64,000 bases of DNA from an uncultured Methylomirabilota bacterium (GCA_963705305.1 OY970067.1:2720001-2784000); one strand, 5' to 3'. Counted from the first letter of the stretch, positions 31,681-42,062 are shown. Made by a program: numbers and translations. Notes: generated by a model from the sequence alone, not told the origin.

Positions 31681-32318
31681 ACCGGCACGCCCAGGCGCGG
31701 GCGACCGCAGCCGTCACCCTCGATCTCTCTCGAGGACGAGGATGCCGAGCATCTCCGAGCCGCCTGAAAGCCCGGGATCCTGTGCGGTGGGACCCGGGGC
31801 AGCCATGCCGTCCCGCCGCACCCTCCCTTCCGGGTCCTTCATCCCGTGACGCTCACCTCGCCGCCCGGAAACGCGCAGTCCCACATCCCGGAGGAGCTCC
31901 GCGGGCCGCGGCCGCGCCCTGGCGCTGATCGGACGCGATTCGCTGGAAAGGCCGAACGTTTGACATTGACACAGAGGATCGCCCTTCGATAGGCTCACGC
32001 GTGGGTGCTCCTGCATGGGTGGTGTCCGCGATGATCAGGTCCCGGGTCGTGAGCCAGGCCGGAAATCTCCCCGCCAAGGCCGCTCAGATCGCAAGCAACA
32101 GCCACGGTGCATTCGGTCGGCCCGCATCCGGCCGACGAAGTGCGAACAGCGGCAAACTGGGCGCACAGGGTCGCGTCTCCGAGGCGTCGGGCCTCCATCG
32201 GATCGAATGTCCCCCGCTCGGCATGGTGTCCGTCGATACCGCGGGCCGGACAAGTAGCCGGCCCGGACCTCCGCGGCCCGGTTGACCGGCCGGCCGGCCT
32301 TCAAGGCAAGGAAGTGTC

Positions 32319-35300
32319 ATGATGGCGATGACGCATCGTGCGCGCAACCTCACAGCGGCAATTGGCATTACGGTTGGCGTGTTCGTTGTGGACTTGCATC
32401 TGCCCGGATATGCCATCCGGCTATTCTATATCGTGCCGTTTCTCCTAGCCGCCGACGTGGCCGGGCCGCTGATGATCGTCTCCCTGGCGGGGACCAGCAC
32501 GGTCCTGGTCGGACTGGATTTCCTGCTTGAGCCGCAGGTCCTGCCGACCGGTGTGGTGGTATTCAATGATTTCCTGTCAATCAGCGTGCTCTGGATTGTG
32601 GCCGTCCTACTCATCCGTCGCCAGGAGGTGGAGGAAGAACGAAACATGGCCCTCCACGGCCTGCGATTGCGCGTCAACGAGCTGGTCATCCTTCATCACA
32701 CGGCGCGGGCCCTCCAGGATCAGCAGAAAAAGACTCCCGAGGTGCTGCAGGAGATCGTCGGCTTGCTGCCGGGAGGGTGGCAGTACCCGCAGATCGCCGC
32801 GGCCCGCGTCGCACTGGACGCGATGGAGTGGCGGACGCCCGGATTCGGCGAGTCCCCCTGGGCTCAGCAGGCAGACCTCATCGTGGCAGGGGCCAAACGG
32901 GGGCAGATCGAGGTTCGGTACATGGAGGAGCGCCCACCGGCGCAGGAGGGGCCGTTCCTGGCGGAAGAGCGATCCCTGCTCAACTCGCTGGCCGACATGC
33001 TTCGAACGTATCTGGAGCGCCGGGAGGCGGACGAGGCGGTCCGACGCGCCAATGCGGAGCTGGAACGGCGAGTTGCCGAGCGGACGGCAGAGCTGGTACG
33101 GGCCAACGCCGACCTTCAGGCGGAGGTCACAGAGCGGGAGCAGGCCGTGGAGGTATGGCGGGCCAGCGAGGAGCGATACCGAACCCTGATCGAATTTGCC
33201 CCGGAGGCTGTGGCGGTCCGCCGGGGAGGCCGGTGGATCTATATCAACCCGGCGGGGGTCAGACTCTTGGGGGGCGCGACCGTCGGAGAGTTGATCGGGC
33301 AGGACGTCATGCGGTTTGTCCATCCGGCGGACCGGGCGGAGGTCGGCGAGCGGATGCGGCAGGTGGAGGAGCAGCGGCTCTCCACTGCGCCGATGGCGTT
33401 CAAAATGGTCCAGGTGGACGGTGGGATCATCAACGTCGAGGCCGTGGAAACCCCCACGATGTATCAAGGGGAGCGGTCGGCCCTGGCAATCCTGCGGGAC
33501 ATCACGGAGCACAGGCGCGCCGCGGAAGAGCGCGAGCGCCTGCTGACGGAGCTGGCGGGGGAGAAGGCCCGCTGGCAAGCCACCGTGGAAAGCATGCTGG
33601 ATCCCGTGACCGTCTGCGATGCCGAGGGTAAGGCGACGTACATGAACAGGGCGTATTCGCATCTGGTCGACCGCCAGATCCGGCCCGGCCTCGATCTGGA
33701 CGAGCACCCGGCGTTCTACCAGCTCTATCGGGGGGACGGCTCGCTCTTTCCCCCGGAGGAACTGCCGCTCCAGCGGGCGGCGCTGCGGGGCGAGGAGGTG
33801 CGCAACGTCGAGGTCGTCCAGCGAACTCCGGGCGGACAGGAGCTGATCGCCCTGTGGAACGCGGCGCCGCTGTATGATGGGGTGGGCCGTCCCCAGGGCG
33901 CGGTGGCCGTGGGGCGGGACATCACGGCGCTGCGGCGCGCCGAGCAGGCCCTCCGGCGGAGCGAGGAGCGGTATCGGACGCTGGCGGAGCACTTCCCCGA
34001 CATCATCGAGCGGTTCGATCGGGCAGGCGTGAATCTGTACGTGAACCGGGCGGGTGCCGAGGCGCATGGGACGGCGGCGGAGGCCGTGATCGGGAAGAGG
34101 ATCGAAGAGACGGGGATGCCGGAATCCGCTGCAAGGCGGTGGAGGGCCTGCATCCGGGAGGTTGTCGAAACCGGCCAGGAGCGCCAGTTCGAGGAGGAGC
34201 TCCGCCGGGAAAATGACGTCCGCTTCTTCCACTCGCGCCTGACGCCCGAGCGGGCGCAAGATGGGACGATCGCCTCCGTGCTGGCCATCTCGCGGGACGT
34301 AACCGAGCGCAAACGCGCCGAGGAGTCGCTGCGCAGGGCGCAGGAAGCCCTGGAAAGAAACCTGCGGGAGCGGATCGCAGCGTTGGTGGGCTCCGAGTTT
34401 CCGCTCGAGATCGACCCGGTGCCGTCGCTGTCGACCGAAGGGGGGATCCGCCGTCTGAGCCAGCTCCTCGCGCGCCGGGCGGGCGAGGTGGCCGCCCTCG
34501 ACCGGATCGGCGCGGCCCTCACCTCATCCCTGGAGCTGGAGGCGGTCCTGCGGCTGCTGGTGAACGAAGTCCGGGGGCTTGTCGCCACGGAGGGCGCCGC
34601 CGTCTTGTTGTACGATCCGGCGACCGACGAGCTCCGCTTTGAAGCGCTGGAGGGATCCGGCGTGGCAGCGCTTCGCGGCCGGAGCATCCCCGTCCGCAGG
34701 AGCCTGGGGGGGTGGGTGTTCCGCGAGCGACAGGCCGCCCTGGTCAATGATCCGCAGAGCGACCCCCGCGCCGCCGACTCGGCCTCCTCCCTGGCGCAAG
34801 CCGGGATCCGCTCATTGTTGGCGGTTCCCCTGATTGCGAAGGGGGCCGCCATCGGCGTCCTCGCAACGATCAACAAGCTGAGCGGGGACTTCACCGAGGC
34901 GGACCTGCAGAGCCTGGCGGGGATCGCCAGCGCCGCCTCGGTCGCCATTGAGAATGCCGGACTCTACCGCGAGCTGCGGGTGCAGCGGGACCAGCTGCGG
35001 GCCCTGGCGGCGCAGGCCATGCGCATCCGGGAGGAAGAGACCAAGCGCATCGCCCGGGACCTCCATGACGAGATCGGACAGGCCCTGACCTCGCTCTTGC
35101 TGGGTCTTCAGGGCATCGCCACTCTGCAGAGCGAAGAGGAGATGCGTCGCAGGGCCATGGATCTCCGCGCGCTGGTGGCGAAGCCCCTGGGGGATGTCCA
35201 GCGGCTGATCCGGGTTTTGCGGCCGGACGTGTTGGAGGACTTCGGGCTGGCCACCGCCGTCGAGCGGTACGCCGAAGGCTACGCGGCGGCATCCGGAGTT

Positions 35301-35690
35301 CACGTGGATTGTTATGTGCACGGCCTGGAGGGCTGCCGGCTGCCGCCCTCCGTCGAGACGACGCTGTATCGCGCCGCGCAGGAGGCCCTGACCAATGTGG
35401 CCAAACACGCCAAGGCCCTCCACGTGAGCGTCCTCATCCAGCGTCGCGACGGAAGCGTGGTGCTGGTCGTCGAGGATGACGGACAGGGCTTCGACGTCTC
35501 GGCCGTGCGGCGGCATGCGGGGGAGGCCGGGGGATTGGGATTGCTGGGGATGGAAGAGCGGGCGCTCCTCCTCGGCGGGACGGTCAAGGTGGAATCGGAG
35601 CGGGGCCGCGGGACGACCGTCGTCGTGGAGATTCCGCTGGGGGACTCGGAGGCGAGCGATGAAGAAAATCAGGATTCTCGTCACGGATGA
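32319..35690 (+). CDS. Membrane multi-PAS/GAF histidine kinase (HisKA_3, NarX/UhpB type)
   Basis: N-terminal TMs, three PAS/PAC (RDIT/RDVT), GAF, IARDLHDEIGQ, QEALTNVAKHA, DDGQGF. Confidence 0.92.
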   Translation: MMAMTHRARNLTAAIGITVGVFVVDLHLPGYAIRLFYIVPFLLAADVAGPLMIVSLAGTSTVLVGLDFLLEPQVLPTGVVVFNDFLSISVLWIVAVLLIRRQEVEEERNMALHGLRLRVNELVILHHTARALQDQQKKTPEVLQEIVGLLPGGWQYPQIAAARVALDAMEWRTPGFGESPWAQQADLIVAGAKRGQIEVRYMEERPPAQEGPFLAEERSLLNSLADMLRTYLERREADEAVRRANAELERRVAERTAELVRANADLQAEVTEREQAVEVWRASEERYRTLIEFAPEAVAVRRGGRWIYINPAGVRLLGGATVGELIGQDVMRFVHPADRAEVGERMRQVEEQRLSTAPMAFKMVQVDGGIINVEAVETPTMYQGERSALAILRDITEHRRAAEERERLLTELAGEKARWQATVESMLDPVTVCDAEGKATYMNRAYSHLVDRQIRPGLDLDEHPAFYQLYRGDGSLFPPEELPLQRAALRGEEVRNVEVVQRTPGGQELIALWNAAPLYDGVGRPQGAVAVGRDITALRRAEQALRRSEERYRTLAEHFPDIIERFDRAGVNLYVNRAGAEAHGTAAEAVIGKRIEETGMPESAARRWRACIREVVETGQERQFEEELRRENDVRFFHSRLTPERAQDGTIASVLAISRDVTERKRAEESLRRAQEALERNLRERIAALVGSEFPLEIDPVPSLSTEGGIRRLSQLLARRAGEVAALDRIGAALTSSLELEAVLRLLVNEVRGLVATEGAAVLLYDPATDELRFEALEGSGVAALRGRSIPVRRSLGGWVFRERQAALVNDPQSDPRAADSASSLAQAGIRSLLAVPLIAKGAAIGVLATINKLSGDFTEADLQSLAGIASAASVAIENAGLYRELRVQRDQLRALAAQAMRIREEETKRIARDLHDEIGQALTSLLLGLQGIATLQSEEEMRRRAMDLRALVAKPLGDVQRLIRVLRPDVLEDFGLATAVERYAEGYAAASGVHVDCYVHGLEGCRLPPSVETTLYRAAQEALTNVAKHAKALHVSVLIQRRDGSVVLVVEDDGQGFDVSAVRRHAGEAGGLGLLGMEERALLLGGTVKVESERGRGTTVVVEIPLGDSEASDEENQDSRHG

Positions 35691-36327
35691 CCATGCCGTC
35701 GTCCGGGCAGGGCTCCGGATGCTCATCAACTCCCAGCCGGACATGGAGGTGGTGGGGGAGGCGGCCGACGGTCGGGAGGCGATCCGGCAGGCCAAGACGC
35801 TCCTGCCGGACATCGTCCTGCTGGACCTCTCCATGCCCGGGATGGGCGGCATCGCAGCCGTCGAGCAGATGGGGAAGGACTGCCCGGAGGTGCGCGTCCT
35901 GGTCCTGACCATGCACGAGGATCCGGCCTATCTCCAGCAGGCATTGAAGGCGGGGGCGTCAGGGTATCTCGTGAAACGGGCCGCCGACACCGAGCTGGTG
36001 GCGGCGATTCGCGCCCTCACGCGGGGCGAAGTGTACGTCCACTCCTCCCTCACCGGGGCGCTGCTGGAGATGGCGTTCGACCCGAAGGGGGGCGGCCGGC
36101 CCGAGGATCACCTCAGGGATCTGAGCCGCCGGGAGATAGAGGTTCTCCGCCTGCTGGCCCTGGGCCATACCAACCGCCAGATTGCCGACAAGCTCTTCCT
36201 GAGCGTAAAGACCATCGAAACGTACCGGGCACGCCTCATGGAGAAGCTTCAGGTGTCCACCCGCGCCGCCCTGGTCCGCTTTGCGATGCAGCACGGGCTG
36301 CTATCCCAGGATGACGACCCCCGGTAG
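35659..36327 (+). CDS. NarL/LuxR-family response regulator
   Basis: DDHAVVRAG, LLDLSMP, LSRREIEVL..LSVKTIETYR. Confidence 0.95.
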   Translation: MKKIRILVTDDHAVVRAGLRMLINSQPDMEVVGEAADGREAIRQAKTLLPDIVLLDLSMPGMGGIAAVEQMGKDCPEVRVLVLTMHEDPAYLQQALKAGASGYLVKRAADTELVAAIRALTRGEVYVHSSLTGALLEMAFDPKGGGRPEDHLRDLSRREIEVLRLLALGHTNRQIADKLFLSVKTIETYRARLMEKLQVSTRAALVRFAMQHGLLSQDDDPR

Positions 36328-36397
36328 GGCATCTCCCTCACAGGTTTTTTCGGGTTTTTCCTGACAGATTCTCCTGAAAAATCACAATCTCCCCGAT
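36324..36397. promoter_or_regulatory. Candidate operator array for the NarL-type regulator
   Basis: GTAGGG-N6-CCCTAC, TCGGG-N5-CCTGA and further CCTGA/CCCGAT half-sites. Confidence 0.45.
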
Positions 36398-36561
36398 AGT
36401 GTTGCGTCCGGGAAGGCCATATTGTGTGGACAGGCGGGTCGCGGGACGCAGACGGCGGTGGATGGCCCGCCCACGGTGACGGGCTGGCCTTTGAGGGTGG
36501 GACTTCGCGCGCGGGGAGGCAGGTGCTCCGGGCCAGCGCATATCTTCCGGGGGAGTAAGGC

Positions 36562-37785
36562 ATGCGTGACGCATCCGGGGGGATCGGAATGGCTCAGCCC
36601 CAGGACACGTCTCCGGCCCGGTGGGAAGAGGCGGTCGTCATCCTCGACGCCGGCGGCCGGCTCGCGTATTGGAACGGTGTGGCGGAGCGCCTCCTGCACC
36701 TTGGCGCCGAGGGCGCATATGCCGGGGCCCCTGGCGAGGTATTGCGGCGGTGCTGGACCACGCCCGAGAGCGAGCGCACCGCCATGGCGGAGCTGGGCGC
36801 GAACGGCTTCTGGCGGGGAGAGGCGACGCTCATCGAAAAGGGAGAGCGTCTGGAGATTGAATCCAGCATCAGCCTCCTGACCGGCCCCGATGGGAAGTCC
36901 CCCGGTATGGCGGTGGTGATACGGAACGTGACCCACCAGAAACGGGCAGAGGCCGCGCGGATCCAGCGCGCGGCAGCGCTCCAGGCCAAGCCGGATCGGT
37001 TCGAGGGCTTGTCGCGAGTGCTGTCCATCTGCGCCAGCTGCAAGCGGGTCCAGGACGGCAGTGAAGCCTGGCTGCCGGTGGAGGAGTATTTCAGTCGGAC
37101 GGCCGAGATTGCCTTCTGCCATGGGATCTGCCCCGACTGCATCCAACGGATATACCCCGAGCTCTACGAGCACCTGGCCAGCGGCTATTCAACCCGGCCG
37201 GAGGGGGGCAGGATCGGCCCCTGGCGGATGGAGGCCCACGCGTATGAGCCGACGAATACGAGACATCCGAGGGGGATGGGCGTGGCCTCCCCAACCGCCA
37301 AGGGAGGATCCCGTGGAGGAGTATCAAACGTTGTCCGCGACGCCGCGTTTCCTCCGGTGCCCGTGGATTCATGGCGATCAGGCATCCCCTCACTCACATC
37401 CGCTCCGGCCGGACTGCCGGGCAGGGCGAGTTCTGTGGATGCCCCAGGGGGAAGGCAAGCGGATCGGTCGAAAAGCGGGGAATTGAACCGTGAGGCCCCC
37501 GATTCGACCGATCTCCCGGATCGGCAGGGCGAATGGACCGAACGGCAGGCCCCTCCATCGAGGAGAGCACACCATGCGGACGATTGTCGAGTACACCCAG
37601 AAGAAGGCGCCCCAGAATCTGTACCCCAATCGGATCATCTCTCCGCCGCGGTCGGGGCCCTGCTGCTTCTCGGATATGGAAGAGATCGGCCAGCCCGAGC
37701 AGGATGGTCAATGGGTGTTTCAGTACCGACGCTGCCGGAGCTGCGGCTTCGCCGTGCGGGTCATCCTGAGAGACGTTCCCGATGA
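36562..37785 (+). CDS. PAS domain protein with a Cys-rich ICxxCK...HGICPxC domain (3' end uncertain, probably near 37.2 kb)
   Basis: PAS (WNGVAERL), ICASCKRV..W..VEEY..FCHGICPDC; the tail is low-complexity and overlaps the next gene. Confidence 0.7.
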   Translation: MRDASGGIGMAQPQDTSPARWEEAVVILDAGGRLAYWNGVAERLLHLGAEGAYAGAPGEVLRRCWTTPESERTAMAELGANGFWRGEATLIEKGERLEIESSISLLTGPDGKSPGMAVVIRNVTHQKRAEAARIQRAAALQAKPDRFEGLSRVLSICASCKRVQDGSEAWLPVEEYFSRTAEIAFCHGICPDCIQRIYPELYEHLASGYSTRPEGGRIGPWRMEAHAYEPTNTRHPRGMGVASPTAKGGSRGGVSNVVRDAAFPPVPVDSWRSGIPSLTSAPAGLPGRASSVDAPGGRQADRSKSGELNREAPDSTDLPDRQGEWTERQAPPSRRAHHADDCRVHPEEGAPESVPQSDHLSAAVGALLLLGYGRDRPARAGWSMGVSVPTLPELRLRRAGHPERRSR

Positions 37786-37849
37786 GGCGTTGCTGACTGA
37801 GCTGCGGAAGATTCTCTCCACCGCGTTTACGCGAAACGTGCCCGATTAG
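37574..37849 (+). CDS. Small zinc-ribbon-like hypothetical protein
   Basis: AGGAG RBS; PCCF...CRSCG. Confidence 0.7.
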   Translation: MRTIVEYTQKKAPQNLYPNRIISPPRSGPCCFSDMEEIGQPEQDGQWVFQYRRCRSCGFAVRVILRDVPDEALLTELRKILSTAFTRNVPD

Positions 37850-38339
37850 GACGCTCGGCAAAGGGGCCCGGGCCGCCGGTGTCCGGCCATCACGAGGGAG
37901 ATCGGCCCGGGTTCCCGCCGTGCCCTCGCCTTCGAGAGCTGCTGTCGGTTAGTTTCTCCCGCCTCCTCTGCCCATGATCTGCTCCTGGTCTCGAACGGCC
38001 GGCCGGGCTTTCGTCTCCGCATGCCGCTGCCTACCCTGCCCCACACGTCCGACTTACTGGCGTATGGCCCGACCCTGAGTCGAAGGGGGATCATCGTTCG
38101 ACGGTTTGTCTTAGGTCACGGGATAGAAAACACCGGACGGGCTCGAGGCCAGGCAGCGGGGCCCGCGGAGAGCGTCTTGGCTATGCGTCAGCGAGAAAGC
38201 GGAAGGCAGGTCACGGCTGGGTACGTGCCGGTTGCCGCGTTGGAACCGATCTTTGCATTCCTCTGACTGGTGTCTGCTCCAAAGATACCTACGGACAGGT
38301 GAGGTCGACTAAGCTTGAATCGGGAAGCCTGAAATCCGG

Positions 38340-38696
38340 CTAAAAGGTCCGGGGAACCCAGGGTGGGTGCTCTTCCTCGGCGATCTCGGCCACCATCTCG
38401 CCCGGTATTTCTCCCTCGAACTCGATACCAATCGCCCACCCGAAAATATCGGGATGCTGCTGCGACCAGGTCACCTTGCCCACCAGGGTGAGTGGTTCTC
38501 GTTTGCGGAGGCGCAGGGTGACCCGCACCCGCGTGCCCGCTGCCACGATATCGGCAGCCTGGAGCATAACGCCCCCGCTGCTCAGGTTCCTAGCCTCAGC
38601 CGGCCTTGCTTCCCAGACGGCGTCCACGGGCGCGGTGGCCGCGGGAACCCTGACAGGAAAACGGGGATGACGTGGACGGCGACGCTCGATCTTCAT
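38340..38696 (-). CDS. PilZ domain protein
   Basis: RHPRF (RxxxR) and NLSSGG motifs. Confidence 0.85.
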   Translation of the reverse strand: MKIERRRPRHPRFPVRVPAATAPVDAVWEARPAEARNLSSGGVMLQAADIVAAGTRVRVTLRLRKREPLTLVGKVTWSQQHPDIFGWAIGIEFEGEIPGEMVAEIAEEEHPPWVPRTF

Positions 38697-38901
38697 GACG
38701 ATCCTTCCAATATTCTGGGGATCCCTGGGAGCCTCCTCACCCATGGCCATCGGAAACGGGCTGTCTCGCGCGTATGAGGCTATCCCAGCAGGTCTTCCCG
38801 GTCAAGCGAATGGGTGCGCTCGAAAGGGAAGACAGGACAGGAGGTGGGTGGCCGAGTGGAAAATGCAAAACCGACCACGGACAGCCGCGCCTTTGGAATG
38901 T

Positions 38902-38981
38902 AAAACCGACAACAGACAATCGACAACCGGACAACCGAAGGCCAGCCATTGGGCGGTTTTAAATTGTCGGTTGTCGGTTTT
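38902..38981. repeat. Inverted heptamer tandem arrays (ACCGACA/TGTCGGT)
   Basis: AAAACCGACAACAGACAAT...ATTGTCGGTTGTCGGTTTT. Confidence 0.8.
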
Positions 38982-39084
38982 CAATTGCTGCCTGTGCCCT
39001 CCGGACGACGGCCTGGCGAGGCCAAGGGGAGGTTGTTCCCGCGTCGGGCGAAGTGGTACAATGATTTCCGCGGAGAGAGTGGGA

Positions 39085-39990
39085 ATGTCCTGCCCGGGGT
39101 ACCTCGAGCTGTCTGGCCAGGGAGAGTTGCGCCGGCGCGCCGAGGCGGCACGGAGGCTGCTGGATCCCTGCCGTCTCTGCCCGCGCGCCTGCGGAGCGCG
39201 CCGTCTGCGTGAAGAGACGGGCTTTTGCGGCGTCGGCGGCCGGGCGGTGGTCGCCAGCTACGGGCCGCATTTCGGCGAGGAAGGCCCGCTGGTCGGCACC
39301 GGCGGCTCGGGGACGATCTTCTTGTCGCGCTGCAACCTGGGCTGTCTCTTCTGCCAGAATGCCGAGATCAGCCAGGGCGAAGATGGCCAGAGTATGTCGC
39401 CGGCCGAGCTGGCCCACATCATGGTGGCGCTGCAGCGCCGCGGCTGCCACAACATCAATTTCGTCACGCCCACCCATCAGGTCCCCCAGATCCTCGAGGC
39501 CCTCCCGATGGCCGTGGAGCAGGGCCTCGGGGTGCCCCTAGTCTACAACTGCGGCGGCTACGAGTCGCCGGAGACCCTGCGGCTCTTGGAAGGAGTCTTT
39601 GACATCTACATGCCGGACTTCAAGTACGCGGACCCGGAGGTGGCCCGGCGCTGCTCGGGGGTGGAGGCGTATCCCCAGGCGGCGATGGCGGCCCTCCGCG
39701 AGATGCACCGGCAGGTGGGGGACCTCGACACCGACGCGCACGGAGTGGCCCGGCGGGGATTGCTGGTCCGCCATCTGGTGCTCCCCGACGACCTGGCCGG
39801 GACGGCCGCCGTCGTGGGGTTCCTGGCGGGCCTGTCGAGGGAGACATACGTGAATATCATGGACCAGTACCGGCCCTGCCACCGGGCGCACGAGCATTCG
39901 CCCCTGGCGCGGCGACCCAGCCGCGCCGAGGTGGACCGGGCGGTGCGCCTGGCCAGGGAGGCCGGCCTCCATCGCCTAGCAGGCTGCTGA
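39085..39990 (+). CDS. Radical SAM protein (PflX-like)
   Basis: CRLCPRAC, CNLGCLFCQN (CxxxCxxC), DIYMPDFKY, RHLVLP. Confidence 0.9.
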   Translation: MSCPGYLELSGQGELRRRAEAARRLLDPCRLCPRACGARRLREETGFCGVGGRAVVASYGPHFGEEGPLVGTGGSGTIFLSRCNLGCLFCQNAEISQGEDGQSMSPAELAHIMVALQRRGCHNINFVTPTHQVPQILEALPMAVEQGLGVPLVYNCGGYESPETLRLLEGVFDIYMPDFKYADPEVARRCSGVEAYPQAAMAALREMHRQVGDLDTDAHGVARRGLLVRHLVLPDDLAGTAAVVGFLAGLSRETYVNIMDQYRPCHRAHEHSPLARRPSRAEVDRAVRLAREAGLHRLAGC

Positions 39991-40176
39991 AAAAGGCCCA
40001 TCTGCGGACACCCAGCTTTCGCTGGGTGCCCGCGCGCTCGCGTGGCGCTACGGCGTACAAGCGAAGTACGCCTCGCTCCTCGACGGGTACCCATCCCGAG
40101 GGATGGGTGACGGCGCCTTGCATCTGGACCTTTTTGAGCAGCCTGGGCGAAAACGGGTTTCTTCAGCATTCTGATA
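39977..40176. mobile_element. MITE-like element
   Basis: TAGCAGGCTGCTGAAAAA...TTCTTCAGCATTCTGATA ends, inner CTTTTTGAGCAGCCTG repeat, several internal hairpins, no transposase. Confidence 0.75.
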
Positions 40177-40233
40177 GACGGATCCTGTTGATGGGAAGAT
40201 CATGAGTCGTTCAGCCGGGAGCGCCCCAACCCG

Positions 40234-41964
40234 ATGAGCAACGCGGAGGTCAGCCGCCTATTCGGCGAGATCGCCGACTTCCTGGAGATCAGGGGAGAGA
40301 ACCCGTTCCGGGTCCGGGCCTACCGCCGCGCGGCCCAGGCTGTGGAAGGGCTGCCAGAGGATATCCGGACCGTCGCCCTGCGGGGAGGCCTGACGGACAT
40401 CCCCGGCATCGGCAAGGATCTGGCGGCGAAAATCCAGGAATACCTCCAGCGGGGTGCGATTCAGTACCTGGCGGATCTCCGCAACGAGATTCCACCCGGG
40501 GTGGTGGAGCTGATGGGCATCCACGGGGTGGGCCCGAAGACGGCCAAGCTGCTATGGGAGCAGGCGGACGTGGACTCGGTGGAGAAACTGGAGGCCCTGG
40601 CCAGCGATGGCAGACTGGCGGGGCTCCCGGGGATCCAGGCCAAGGCGCAGGAGAACATCCTCAAGGGTATCCAGGTCTGGAAAAGCGGACAGGAGCGGAA
40701 GCCGCTGGGGACGGCCCTCCCGCTGGCCGACGCGATCGTAAAGACCCTGGGCGCGCTTCGGGGGGTGGATCGCATCGCCGCCGCCGGCAGCCTCCGGCGT
40801 ATGAAAGAGACCGTGAAGGATATCGACATCCTGGTCACCTCTGCGCGTCCGGCCCGGGTGATGGAGGTCTTCGTCGGGATGCCGAACGTCCAGGAGATCC
40901 TCCTTCGGGGAGACACGAAGGCGAGCGTGCGTCTCCGGGAAAACATCCAGGTGGACCTGCGGGTGGTCGAGCCGCAATGCTTTGGGTCCGCCCTCCAGTA
41001 CTTCACCGGCTCCAAGCAGCACAACATCCGGGTCCGCGAGCTGGCCCAGCGCAGGCATCTCAAGGTGAGCGAATACGGGGTCTTCGAGGAAGAGACGGAC
41101 CGGCGGGTGGCGGGCGCCACGGAGGAGGAGGTGTACGGGGCGGTCGGCCTGCCGCTGATCCCGCCCGAGCTGCGGGAGGATGGGGGGGAGATCGAGGCGG
41201 CCCTGGCCGGCCGCCTGCCCGAGTTGGTGTCGCTGGAGGATATCCGGGGCGATCTCCAGCTCCACACGACCTGGAGCGACGGCGCGCTTTCCCTGGAGGA
41301 GCTGGCGCGAGCGGTCCGCGCCAAGGGGTACGAATACATGGCGGTGACCGACCACTCGAAGTCGGCCACGGTGGCGGGCGGGATGAACGAGGAGCAGGTC
41401 GTCCGGATGATCGCCGAGGTTCGCGCCCTCAAGGCGCGGCTCAAGGGCTTCCACATCCTGGCCGGCTGCGAGGTGGACATCAAGGGCGACGGGAGCCTGG
41501 ACTTCCCCGACGACATCCTGCGCCAGCTGGACCTGGTGCAGGTGTCGGTCCACTCGCGCTTCAAGATGAGCCGGGAGGAGATGACGGCCCGGATCGTGCG
41601 GGCCGTGCGGCACCCCCTGGTGCACATCCTGGGGCACCCGACGGGTCGCCTCCTGGGAGAGCGGGCGGCCTACGAGGTGGACACGGAGGCGGTCTTCGCA
41701 TCCGCGCGGCAAGCCGGGACGGCGATCGAGATCAACGCCTCCCCCTCGCGCCTGGATCTCAGCGACGTGCACGCGCGCCGAGCCAAGGAGCTGGGGATCC
41801 CCATCGTCATCAGCACCGACGCCCACGCCGCCTCCCAGCTCGACCACATGCGCTTCGGCGTCTCGGTGGCCCGGCGGGCCTGGCTGACGGCTGCGGACGT
41901 TCTGAACACCGTCCCGGGGAGGACGCTGATCGCCTGGCTGGACCGAAAGCGGTCCCGGACCTGA
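40234..41964 (+). CDS. polX: DNA polymerase X / PHP domain
   Basis: NPFRVRAY, HhH motifs, GSLRR..KDID, YFTGSK, PHP TDHS/HPTGR/STDAH. Confidence 0.95.
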   Translation: MSNAEVSRLFGEIADFLEIRGENPFRVRAYRRAAQAVEGLPEDIRTVALRGGLTDIPGIGKDLAAKIQEYLQRGAIQYLADLRNEIPPGVVELMGIHGVGPKTAKLLWEQADVDSVEKLEALASDGRLAGLPGIQAKAQENILKGIQVWKSGQERKPLGTALPLADAIVKTLGALRGVDRIAAAGSLRRMKETVKDIDILVTSARPARVMEVFVGMPNVQEILLRGDTKASVRLRENIQVDLRVVEPQCFGSALQYFTGSKQHNIRVRELAQRRHLKVSEYGVFEEETDRRVAGATEEEVYGAVGLPLIPPELREDGGEIEAALAGRLPELVSLEDIRGDLQLHTTWSDGALSLEELARAVRAKGYEYMAVTDHSKSATVAGGMNEEQVVRMIAEVRALKARLKGFHILAGCEVDIKGDGSLDFPDDILRQLDLVQVSVHSRFKMSREEMTARIVRAVRHPLVHILGHPTGRLLGERAAYEVDTEAVFASARQAGTAIEINASPSRLDLSDVHARRAKELGIPIVISTDAHAASQLDHMRFGVSVARRAWLTAADVLNTVPGRTLIAWLDRKRSRT

Positions 41965-42033
41965 GCCGGAGGGCGGGGGCTGCAGCGCCGTGTATGGGCC
42001 CGGACGGCGGTCTGCGGTCAGCCCATGGGGGTG

Positions 42034-42062
42034 TTGACGCCCCGCGCCGATCAGAGTAGTAT
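42034..42062 (+). promoter_or_regulatory. Sigma-70 promoter of ggt
   Basis: TTGACG - 17 bp - TAGTAT. Confidence 0.55.

Noticed and set aside
32140..32215. GGCAAAC-containing leader as a c-di-GMP-I riboswitch
   Set aside because: Lacks the GNRA tetraloop and GACGCAAAGC junction.
38902..38981. CRISPR array
   Set aside because: Units are 7 bp without unique spacers; no cas genes in the window.
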